NCBI GenBank assembly: GCA_022013385.1
Contig: JAKLQJ010000061.1
Location: 1-51,660 of the forward strand
Origin: Elusimicrobiota bacterium
Lineage (GTDB): Bacteria > Elusimicrobiota > Elusimicrobia > Elusimicrobiales > UBA9959
Length of the DNA: 51,660 nt
Reading direction: 5' to 3'
The position numbers were made by a program, and so were the translations under genes. Numbering within the stretch: the stretch's first letter is position 1; each line of letters opens with the position of its first letter. Below the pieces are notes generated by a model. It did not search any database. It had not been told where the DNA came from and saw only the letters and a list, made by a program, of their open reading frames with translations. Positions 25,419-32,244 of this stretch are shown here, one piece after another.

Positions 25419-25796
25419 TTACTTTTTATAAACGATCCCTATTCCTTTACATAATAAACAGGGTAGATTGCCGCCTTTTTCCCTTCCCCTCCCTCTGCAA
25501 GTAGGGCATATCTCTACTTTGCTAGTAGGGACGCTCACAACCCCTTTTCCCCTACAGACAGAACAGGTAAGGTCGCGATTTATATGTGATTTTCCTGAAC
25601 CATTACAATAAGCGCAGACCACTGCCGGCGGTTGAACCTTTATTGTCCCGGCGCCCAAACAAACATTACACTTCATGCTTTTTTTAGATCCTCTTCCTGT
25701 GCAGAAGCCACATCTATATATGTGTTCATTGAGAACTTCACCCTTTCTGCCTGTTCTGCCTGATAGTTGGCTCTTAAAATTCATGGTTTTCCACAT
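25419..25796 (-). CDS. zinc-finger protein with six DnaJ-CRD-type CxxCxGxG repeats (paralogue 2)
   Basis: The six repeats are CGFCTGRG, CNVCLGAG, CAYCNGSG, CSVCRGKG, CPTCRGRG and CLLCKGIG. GGGAGG RBS. Confidence 0.8.
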   Translation of the reverse strand: MWKTMNFKSQLSGRTGRKGEVLNEHIYRCGFCTGRGSKKSMKCNVCLGAGTIKVQPPAVVCAYCNGSGKSHINRDLTCSVCRGKGVVSVPTSKVEICPTCRGRGREKGGNLPCLLCKGIGIVYKK

Positions 25797-25824
25797 TTTT
25801 TTTCCTCCCGATTATATCTTCTTT

Positions 25825-26127
25825 TCAATATTGTAAAGGCACAGTCTTCCAGTCTTTTTCAGATTTTTTAAATTCTTTTCCCACACTTTCTTTTCTCTCG
25901 ACTTCTTGCTTTTGTAATTCGTCCATCTGCTTATTAACATCATCGAGTTTCTTTCGGATATCCTTTATCCTTTTATCTAAAGGATAGAGTTCTTTTTCCA
26001 ACCTATCTTTTTCTTTATATAGTATATGTAAGTGACCAAAGATTTCTAACTGTGAGATAGACCTTTTGTCGCTTGAGCTCATACTCCGGTTGTTTCTTAA
26101 ACCGCTAATTTCCGATACATCCTTCAT
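25825..26127 (-). CDS. coiled-coil hypothetical protein ending in WKTVPLQY (paralogue of 27630-27953)
   Basis: Shares M(K/R)DV..GL, KRSI, (L/I)Y..KEK(D/E)RL.KE and the terminal (D/E)WKxxPLxY with its paralogue. ATGA start/stop overlap with the upstream gene. Confidence 0.6.
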   Translation of the reverse strand: MKDVSEISGLRNNRSMSSSDKRSISQLEIFGHLHILYKEKDRLEKELYPLDKRIKDIRKKLDDVNKQMDELQKQEVERKESVGKEFKKSEKDWKTVPLQY

Positions 26128-26333
26128 TTTATCATGCCCTTTCCTTTTACAGTTATTCTACAAGATGAGGGCGAAAAAAATCCCACGCAATCTTGTCTTT
26201 CTAATGCCTTGCACAATATATAAGTATAGCCAATTTCAAAGCCTGCTTTGGTGCTCAGTTCCTTCATACATATCAAATCGTTTTTTTCCTTTATAATCCT
26301 TAATATCTCTAATTCCGTAGCGGTTACAGTCAT
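26124..26333 (-). CDS. small winged-helix-like protein (69 aa), paralogue c
   Basis: TATELEILRIIKEKNDLICMKELSTKAGFEIGYTYILCKALERQDCVGF...ITVKGKG aligns with 26342-26650, 26665-26940 and 18581-19111. Confidence 0.55.
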   Translation of the reverse strand: MTVTATELEILRIIKEKNDLICMKELSTKAGFEIGYTYILCKALERQDCVGFFSPSSCRITVKGKGMIK

Positions 26334-26341
26334 TGGCCATT

Positions 26342-26650
26342 CTAATAATTTATAGTTTCTATATTTTTTAAGATTCTCTTTTTATTTTTTTCTCTGGACT
26401 TTTTAATATTTTCTTTCTGCCTTTTAAGCTTAAAAAACCGATTTTTTTCTATTACTTCTTTTCCTTTTTCCGTCAGGCCGCATATCCCTCTAAAGGTATC
26501 AAAATCAACATAATCACTTCTTTCTAAGCCCTTACAAATTACATAGGCATAATGCTCACTTATCCTCAACCCTTGAGCGATTATATAATAATGAATCCGG
26601 TCTTCATTTTGGGCAATAATATCTAAAGTTTCCTGCTCCATGCTGGTCAT
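26342..26650 (-). CDS. small winged-helix-like protein (102 aa), paralogue b
   Basis: EQETLDIIAQNEDRIHYYIIAQGLRISEHYAYVICKGLERSDYVDF...LTEKGKEV followed by a basic tail. Confidence 0.55.
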   Translation of the reverse strand: MTSMEQETLDIIAQNEDRIHYYIIAQGLRISEHYAYVICKGLERSDYVDFDTFRGICGLTEKGKEVIEKNRFFKLKRQKENIKKSREKNKKRILKNIETINY

Positions 26651-26664
26651 CTATTAGCCCGTTA

Positions 26665-26940
26665 TTAGAAAGTTTTCCATTTGGCGCGGTCTTCTAAATA
26701 TCTTTTGAATCCGTCTGAGGCCGCCTTAGGCTTTTTACCTAATGCTACGCAACCTTTGTCTGCAATTCTGACTTTTCCAGATCTAAAAATATCTATGATA
26801 TCATTTTCACCCATAGAGCGAAGAATTATCCTAACATAACCAGGGTCCAGGCGCATTTTCTTAGCAATCCTGCCTATACCGCACTCCCCACCTTCAGTTT
26901 CAATTATCTTAAGAATTTTGGCCTCATCCGGCGTTGGCAT
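26665..26940 (-). CDS. small winged-helix-like protein (91 aa), paralogue a
   Basis: PDEAKILKIIETEGGECGIGRIAKKMRLDPGYVRIILRSMGENDIIDI...IADKGCVA. Strong GGGAGGA RBS. Confidence 0.6.
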   Translation of the reverse strand: MPTPDEAKILKIIETEGGECGIGRIAKKMRLDPGYVRIILRSMGENDIIDIFRSGKVRIADKGCVALGKKPKAASDGFKRYLEDRAKWKTF

Positions 26941-26959
26941 TCTTTATCCTCCCTCTAGC

Positions 26960-27166
26960 TCAAGTGGATTTTTCCATTTGGCGGATCTTTCTACGCAATG
27001 CTATGTTTTCTATTCTAAGCCTTCGTCTTTTTAATGCGCTTTCATTTCGTTTGAGTCTGATGTCATCTTTTGGTCTGCTACAACCGCTGAGGCTCTTTGG
27101 TATAGACAAGGTTGACCTGCCGTTACACATGGTCATAATCTCATCACAAGTCTTGATCGGGCGCAT
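26960..27166 (-). CDS. small basic coiled-coil (bZIP-like) protein, 68 aa
   Basis: A GGGGA RBS follows the gvpJ stop directly. KRNESALKRRRLRIENIALRRKIRQMEK is a basic stretch followed by heptad hydrophobics. Confidence 0.45.
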   Translation of the reverse strand: MRPIKTCDEIMTMCNGRSTLSIPKSLSGCSRPKDDIRLKRNESALKRRRLRIENIALRRKIRQMEKST

Positions 27167-27180
27167 AGCTCATCCCCTAA

Positions 27181-27477
27181 TTATTTTATCTTCGCTTCTA
27201 AGCGCTCAAGTCGCTTTTTGAGTGTCATATTTTCTTTTTCTATCTCAGATTCTTTTGCTTTTGAGGAAAGAAAATCATCAGTTTGCCACCAATTTATACC
27301 CATCTGCATTGCTTTATCCACAGAAGCGACTAAAAGTCTTATCTTGATAGTGAGCAAATCTACATCAGCAACTTGAATCTTAATGTCACCGGCAATGACT
27401 ATTCCTTTATCTAAGACTCTTTCTAATATATCAGCGAGATTGATGGTTTCAACAGCGTGGACTATCTGATTAGGCAT
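27181..27477 (-). CDS. gvpJ: gas vesicle protein GvpJ/GvpM type (GvpA fold)
   Basis: INLADILERVLDKGIVIAGDIKIQVADVDLLTIKIRLLVASVDKAMQMGINWW. The ATG at 27477, 7 nt after AGGAGG, is preferred over the GTG at 27486. Confidence 0.88.
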   Translation of the reverse strand: MPNQIVHAVETINLADILERVLDKGIVIAGDIKIQVADVDLLTIKIRLLVASVDKAMQMGINWWQTDDFLSSKAKESEIEKENMTLKKRLERLEAKIK

Positions 27478-27495
27478 TTTTAACACCTCCTGGAT

Positions 27496-27657
27496 TTATT
27501 CTTCTTCTTTTGCCATCTCTTCTTTTCGCGCATACGAAACTACTTCCAAGTCATCCGTCAATTTAATCTCATAAATATTTCTATCCTGCGCCCTGATAGG
27601 TAGGCCAAAAGATTTATCACATTCCTGTTTTAATAACTCAAAGGCATCTTTTTCCAT
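27496..27657 (-). CDS. mini GvpO-like ORF (53 aa), below ORF-track cutoff
   Basis: Own translation: MEKDAFELLKQECDKSFGLPIRAQDRNIYEIKLTDDLEVVSYARKEEMAKEEE. It matches the GvpO (16137-16409) C-terminus ALGLPVKVQDRNIYTVKLNDGMEIESYARAQ. It overlaps the upstream gene's 3-prime end by 28 nt and has a weak RBS. Confidence 0.45.
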   Translation of the reverse strand: MEKDAFELLKQECDKSFGLPIRAQDRNIYEIKLTDDLEVVSYARKEEMAKEEE

Positions 27658-27953
27658 TCTTTTTTGACGCTATTGCCTTGCGGATATGAAGAGTTTGTGT
27701 TTGCGCTAGATTTTGCAATGGCTTCTGCCTCTTGCAATTTACCCATCTCAGAGTCAACCTCTTTTAGGCGTTTCTCAATGAGAGTACCTCTTAAACTCAC
27801 TCTCTCACCTTCCTTTAGAAGCCTTTCCTTCTCTTTACCCAGCATATACAAATCTAAATAAGCAGAGCTCTGAACTCTGGGTATAGAACGCTTTTTTGTG
27901 CTCAGCATGGTCTTTGATCCATGGAGGCCTTTCACAGTATTCACATCTCTCAT
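27630..27953 (-). CDS. coiled-coil hypothetical protein ending in WKKMPLSY (paralogue of 25825-26127)
   Basis: Start taken at MRDVNTVKGL (27953) by alignment with the paralogue's MKDVSEISGL. The ORF-track upstream extension overlaps the AbrB-like gene. Confidence 0.6.
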   Translation of the reverse strand: MRDVNTVKGLHGSKTMLSTKKRSIPRVQSSAYLDLYMLGKEKERLLKEGERVSLRGTLIEKRLKEVDSEMGKLQEAEAIAKSSANTNSSYPQGNSVKKEWKKMPLSY

Positions 27954-27981
27954 AGCTATCTTCTCCCTAAAATATACTGAC

Positions 27982-28152
27982 CTACCTTGCGCTACCTCTG
28001 GTTGAAACCAGAATATTCTTTTTTCTGGATGCCCCGACAATCTTAAGTTCAATCAACTGACATTCTTTTAAGTCAGCTGCGCGTCGAATATTGCGGGGGA
28101 GTTTTATATTACCCTCTTTATCCACCCGAGAAAAGGCTCGTATCAAAGTCAT
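27982..28152 (-). CDS. AbrB/MazE/SpoVT-type DNA-binding protein (56 aa)
   Basis: RVDKEGNIKLPRNIRRAADLKECQLIELKI fits the swapped-hairpin AbrB motif. GGAGGTG lies 7 nt before the ATG at 28152. It is the first gene after a 128-bp repeat-bearing gap. Confidence 0.7.
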   Translation of the reverse strand: MTLIRAFSRVDKEGNIKLPRNIRRAADLKECQLIELKIVGASRKKNILVSTRGSAR

Positions 28153-28258
28153 TTCTCTCACCTCCATTATCAATTTATCATCTTTGTAGTTCTCTAACGG
28201 CAAAGCTCCGCTTTGCAGCTACATAAGCTTGTTGTTTTTGGCCATTTGTAGCGGCAGA

Positions 28259-28302
28259 GCGTGTTAGCTCTGCGTAGTTGCTGATTTATCAGGCCTAATT
28301 TA
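28259..28302. repeat. 45-bp repeat, copy 2 (see 7811-7855)
   Basis: GCGTGTTAGCTCTGCGTAGTTGCTGATTTATCAGGCCTAATTTA, located in the gap between gvpN and the AbrB-like gene. Confidence 0.9.
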
Positions 28303-28331
28303 TTGCCGACTTATTATAGAGATTAGTATTT

Positions 28332-29300
28332 TTATATAGCTACAGTCTCTTTCTTTGCTTCTTTCTTTATATCAACAGTTTTTCCCTTGCCAAGTTCTTT
28401 TTCCACAAGCCCCTTAATTATGTCCTTTACTCTAGCCTGATTCGTCTTAGAACCAACCCTGCTTGTCTCTGAGGCCAGAATATCCTGACATGTTTTCATA
28501 AACCCATCAGATTTAGAGGGGGTGAAGTTTTGAGCTTTAAGGGTTTTGGCAATCATAATGCAGCCACGGACTGTGGGCGCAAACTCACACTTTCCAGAGT
28601 CTCTTAAGCCTCTGACAATATTGACTATTACTTCTGCATGGGGTTTAGAAAGTTTAGACTTTGCCAGAGTGATAGCCAGTTCTGTCTCATAGTCAAAGCA
28701 GTCCAAATCCATTGTTATCATTCTATCCCGAAGAGCATCCTGGCTCCTATGAACACCAGCATATTCCTCAGGGTTAGAGGTAAAGATCGCTGTAAACTCA
28801 GGATCTACCCTTAAATACGGCTCCGCTCCATCTCTTCCCACTGGCATATCCATCATCTTCTCCTGCAAAATAGAAAGGAGGATGTTATTTGCCTCAGGCC
28901 GTGAGCGAGTAAACTCATCATAGATTAGTGTAAATCCATATTTACAGGCAACGGTCAGGCGGTTATCCACCCAGCGCTTTACCATATCCTCTTCTACTTT
29001 TAAAACCCGGGAGACAAAGCGATCAACAATCTTTTTAAACCGATAGCCGTGCTCACCACCCACTAAATCCGAAGTGGTAAACTCCTCATCTCCATGAATC
29101 ATTACTACCGGCCTTCCTATTTTACTTGAAATGTGCATAGCCAGTGTAGTCTTGCCGGTGCCAGAGATTCCTCTAAAATGCACCGGAAAACCAGCCTTAA
29201 TATAGGAAAGAGTCCTATTAGTGATATCCTTAACATATTTTGTCTCAACAAAGTCCGGCAGGGGACTGGGTTCTAATACTGTAGTCATCTCATCAATCAT
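28332..29300 (-). CDS. gvpN: gas vesicle AAA+ ATPase GvpN
   Basis: FPVHFRGISGTGKTTLAMHISSKIGRPVVMIHGDEEFTTSDLVGGEHGY and LIYDEFTRSRPEANN are typical of GvpN. 322 aa. Confidence 0.92.
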   Translation of the reverse strand: MIDEMTTVLEPSPLPDFVETKYVKDITNRTLSYIKAGFPVHFRGISGTGKTTLAMHISSKIGRPVVMIHGDEEFTTSDLVGGEHGYRFKKIVDRFVSRVLKVEEDMVKRWVDNRLTVACKYGFTLIYDEFTRSRPEANNILLSILQEKMMDMPVGRDGAEPYLRVDPEFTAIFTSNPEEYAGVHRSQDALRDRMITMDLDCFDYETELAITLAKSKLSKPHAEVIVNIVRGLRDSGKCEFAPTVRGCIMIAKTLKAQNFTPSKSDGFMKTCQDILASETSRVGSKTNQARVKDIIKGLVEKELGKGKTVDIKKEAKKETVAI

Positions 29301-29306
29301 TTTTCC

Positions 29307-29504
29307 TCACTCTCCTTTCTTAATTTTTTGCTTCTTTTTCTCCAATATTTCACTCGTTTCTTTCCAGATTATAGTTGCTTCTTCTAAATCTTCCACTATC
29401 TCCTTTTTCTTCTTCATAAACTCTTCTCTGAAGGAATTGAGTTTGGTTAAGGATTCTTCCTTCCTTTTAATAAATCCATATCTATAATTGCTCAATTCCT
29501 TCAT
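29307..29504 (-). CDS. small charged coiled-coil protein (65 aa)
   Basis: The ATG at 29504 forms an ATGA overlap with the stop of the zinc-finger gene. No family recognised. Confidence 0.45.
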   Translation of the reverse strand: MKELSNYRYGFIKRKEESLTKLNSFREEFMKKKKEIVEDLEEATIIWKETSEILEKKKQKIKKGE

Positions 29505-29857
29505 TTCGCTATCTTTTTCTTTAAGATAATCCCTTTGCCTCTGCATTCAATACAAGGAAGGCCGCTATCAAATGCTGCGCCTGTGCCTTTACACTTAGGA
29601 CACCCTTCAGTCGCGCCTTTAACAGTGACACTTCCCTTGCCATTACAGACAGTGCAGGTAAGCCGTCTATGGGGATAAACGCCGGCGCCGTTACAAAAGA
29701 CACATTTTATTGCCGGTTCTATTACCTCAACTTTACCCCTTCCTCCGCAGACTTGACAGGTGGCAAACTCAGACAACAAATCAAAGGGGTCTTTACCTGT
29801 GCCTTTGCAGAAAGCGCACCCTGCCTCTTTAAAGGCATACTTTATTTTTTTCATCAT
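29501..29857 (-). CDS. zinc-finger protein with six DnaJ-CRD-type CxxCxGxG repeats (paralogue 1)
   Basis: The six repeats are CAFCKGTG, CQVCGGRG, CVFCNGAG, CTVCNGKG, CPKCKGTG and CIECRGKG. Confidence 0.8.
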   Translation of the reverse strand: MMKKIKYAFKEAGCAFCKGTGKDPFDLLSEFATCQVCGGRGKVEVIEPAIKCVFCNGAGVYPHRRLTCTVCNGKGSVTVKGATEGCPKCKGTGAAFDSGLPCIECRGKGIILKKKIAK

Positions 29858-30187
29858 CGTCCCATCCTTTTCAAAAGATTAACTCTTTTACCAGTTTAGT
29901 CCAACCATTCCTCCGTCGAAAACTTAGTAGCAAGGTTTAACCATTAAAACAAATGCAGCTTTGCCTATTTTAGAGGCAGAGCAAGCCGTTGATACAAGAC
30001 TCTGTCAGTGCTCCCGCCTTTGGCGGGACTATGCGTGTCCCGCCACTACTGCATCGGCGGGCAGGCAGACGGCAAGGCTATGTCCCGCTCTTTTTGGTTG
30101 AAGTTTCCAAAAGGGGCGGGGCAAGTGTTGGAAGTTATATGAACGACCACAACTAAGTCCACCCTGCCTCTAAAAACAACTAAATTG

Positions 30188-30955
30188 TTACCTCTTTTTC
30201 CCTTTCCTTCCTCTTTTTTTACCTTTCCCTTTCCCTTTCGGCTTTTTAACAGTCTTTACTTCTGCAGTGGCTTTTATCTTGACACGATTGCCTTTCCCTT
30301 TCGGCTTTTTAACAGTCTCTACTTCTGTAGCAGCTTCTATCTTGACAGGCCCGCCTTCTCTTTTCTTAGCCATCATGGTAACCAAATCCTGCCAATTTGC
30401 CGCCATCTTTTCTCTTTCGGTCTTGAAGGCTTCCAGCGTATCGAGAACTTCTTTATTTCTCTCATCCTGTCTTGCCCGAATTACATCTATTAGTTTCTTA
30501 GTTTCATTAACCACATCCTTCACATATTTTTGGGTACCATTCATCATTTTCTTGAAGTCTGCAAGCCTATCCGTTTCTCCTTTTGCAAGGCTTTTCTCAA
30601 GCTCATCCGCCATAGCCGCGTGGTCTTTTGTAAAGTTTTCTAATAGATCTGCCACGCCATTAGCTCTCTCCTTGCCTTCTTTCTGAATTCCTTTCATTAA
30701 TTTAGCGGTCTCATTAACCATGTCCTGCACAAACTTCTTAATCTCAGTCCACATTGCTTTGAAGGCAACAAGCCTGTCTGTTTCTCCTTTCGCAAGGACC
30801 CCTCTCAGATTATCAGCCATCTCCTTATGCTCGGTGTGAAAACCTTTGAGCATTTGGTGAGTATCTTTTACTAATCTTCCTATTGCCTTTACCCGTGTAT
30901 CATAAGAGGCAACAATATCTTCACCAAGTACTTTGATATCAGTAGCTATTCCCAT
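30188..30955 (-). CDS. alpha-helical repeat protein (about 68-aa period) with Lys/Gly-rich tandem tail; candidate GvpC-like shell-associated protein
   Basis: Two repeat units align: LKGFHTEHKEMADNLRGVLAKGETDRLVAFKAMW... and LENFTKDHAAMADELEKSLAKGETDRLADFKKMM... The tail is VKKPKGKG x2 followed by KKRGRKGKKR. AGGAGG RBS before the ATG at 30955. It is the second gene downstream of gvpA. Confidence 0.65.
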   Translation of the reverse strand: MGIATDIKVLGEDIVASYDTRVKAIGRLVKDTHQMLKGFHTEHKEMADNLRGVLAKGETDRLVAFKAMWTEIKKFVQDMVNETAKLMKGIQKEGKERANGVADLLENFTKDHAAMADELEKSLAKGETDRLADFKKMMNGTQKYVKDVVNETKKLIDVIRARQDERNKEVLDTLEAFKTEREKMAANWQDLVTMMAKKREGGPVKIEAATEVETVKKPKGKGNRVKIKATAEVKTVKKPKGKGKGKKRGRKGKKR

Positions 30956-31016
30956 TTTTACTTCCTCCTTTTTCTTTTTCAAGTTATTACTAATACATTA
31001 CAAACCAAGGCTAAAA

Positions 31017-31754
31017 TCAAACCTTGGCAACTTCTTTTTTTTCTTCTGTCTCACTTCCTTTCAGGCTATCTGTTATTTTATGCCAATGAGAAGCCATGGC
31101 AAAATGTTCTTTTCTGAATTCATCTAATTTCTTCCTAATCTCTTCTTCCCGCTCTGACTGTCTTATGCGGATGTTTTTTACCATCTCTTTAAAGTCCTTA
31201 ATGCGTATGGCTTCTCCTTTATTTAAAAGGCTGTGCAGCGATTCGGCCATCTCCTTATATTCTTCCTGAAACGCTTCTAATCTTGTTCTTATTTCATCCT
31301 CTCTGGCCTTCTGCCTAACCTGAATATCTTGCAGCATTTTTCTAAAATCGTCTATCCTGACTTTTTCAGTCCCTGTCAAGCTCTTCTTAATAACCTCAGC
31401 TATCTCCTTTTGCTCTTCAAAAAAAGTCTTTAATAAATTCCGCACCTCTTTTTCTCTTTCATCTTGATGGGACAATATATCTTGCATCATGTCATCAAAA
31501 TCTTTTTTTCTTAGGGATTCTTCTTTGGAGAGAATATCTTTGAGTTGATCGCTCATTTCATTTCTTCTGGTTTTAAAATCCTCTAGCAACTGACGAGTAT
31601 CATCTACAATCATGGCAACTGTAGAAATTCTGGATTGATAAGACGAAACTATTTCTTCAGCGACTCTCTTCATATCCTCGGCAATTTTCATGATTTTACT
31701 CTTTAAATTTTTTACTTTTTTTAAATGGGAAGGAGGAATTTCTTGGCTAACCAT
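31017..31754 (-). CDS. alpha-helical repeat protein (about 51-aa period, 3.3 units); candidate GvpC-like shell-associated protein
   Basis: Units begin LEDFKTRRNEMSDQLKDILSKEESLRKKDFDDMMQDI..., LKTFFEEQKEIAEVIKKSLTGTEKVRIDDFRKMLQDI... and LEAFQEEYKEMAESLHSLLNKGEAIRIKDFKEMVKNI... It lies immediately downstream of gvpA. Start is uncertain (31754 or 31691). Confidence 0.65.
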   Translation of the reverse strand: MVSQEIPPSHLKKVKNLKSKIMKIAEDMKRVAEEIVSSYQSRISTVAMIVDDTRQLLEDFKTRRNEMSDQLKDILSKEESLRKKDFDDMMQDILSHQDEREKEVRNLLKTFFEEQKEIAEVIKKSLTGTEKVRIDDFRKMLQDIQVRQKAREDEIRTRLEAFQEEYKEMAESLHSLLNKGEAIRIKDFKEMVKNIRIRQSEREEEIRKKLDEFRKEHFAMASHWHKITDSLKGSETEEKKEVAKV

Positions 31755-31814
31755 GCTTTTTCCTGCTTCCGCAGGATAAGGGTGGTCGGGCAAGAAATCC
31801 TCTTTACCTTATCC

Positions 31815-32021
31815 TTAGGCGGCTGTTGCCGTTAAGCCGATGGCTTCCGCGTACTTAAGGTAAGTCTCAACTGAAGCGACCACCACGCGGGCTTCTATCG
31901 CGAGTAGTTCAATACCCACGAGCGAAATCCTTACCCACGCGTCAATTACTATACCCTTGTCCAGTATGCGGTCAATGACTTCAACCAGGCTGGATGAACC
32001 GATTGCTTTTTCTACGGCCAT
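31815..32021 (-). CDS. gvpA: major gas vesicle structural protein GvpA
   Basis: [62 protein letters not shown] is a near-consensus GvpA sequence. AAGGAGG RBS. Confidence 0.97.
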   Translation of the reverse strand: MAVEKAIGSSSLVEVIDRILDKGIVIDAWVRISLVGIELLAIEARVVVASVETYLKYAEAIGLTATAA

Positions 32022-32198
32022 GTTATCCTCCTTTAAGTTCGGAACGCGTCACTTCACATTCCGTTTTTGTCGTACAAACAACTACATGCTAAATTTGGTC
32101 GTTCGCATAGCTTCCAATATTGAAAGTTCTCTTAACTGTTCTCCCGACAATTGCCCCTTTTATTATTCACTATCAATAAATCTTAACAGTTAATGTAT

Positions 32199-32214
32199 AC
32201 CTTATTAATAAGGT
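32199..32214. promoter_or_regulatory. perfect 16-bp palindrome ACCTTATTAATAAGGT in the gvpA upstream region; candidate operator
   Basis: Read directly. It lies about 180 nt upstream of the gvpA ATG. The nearby direct repeats AAC(T/A)GTTAAGA fall at about 32127-32137 and 32180-32190. Confidence 0.3.
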
Positions 32215-32244
32215 TTATATTACCTTAACAAAACAAATCTTTCA

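Noticed and set aside
27982-28152. AbrB/MazE-like gene as the antitoxin of a toxin-antitoxin pair
   Set aside because: The downstream gene is a coiled-coil protein with a paralogue elsewhere in the island, not a MazF, PIN or other toxin fold. A regulator role is more plausible.
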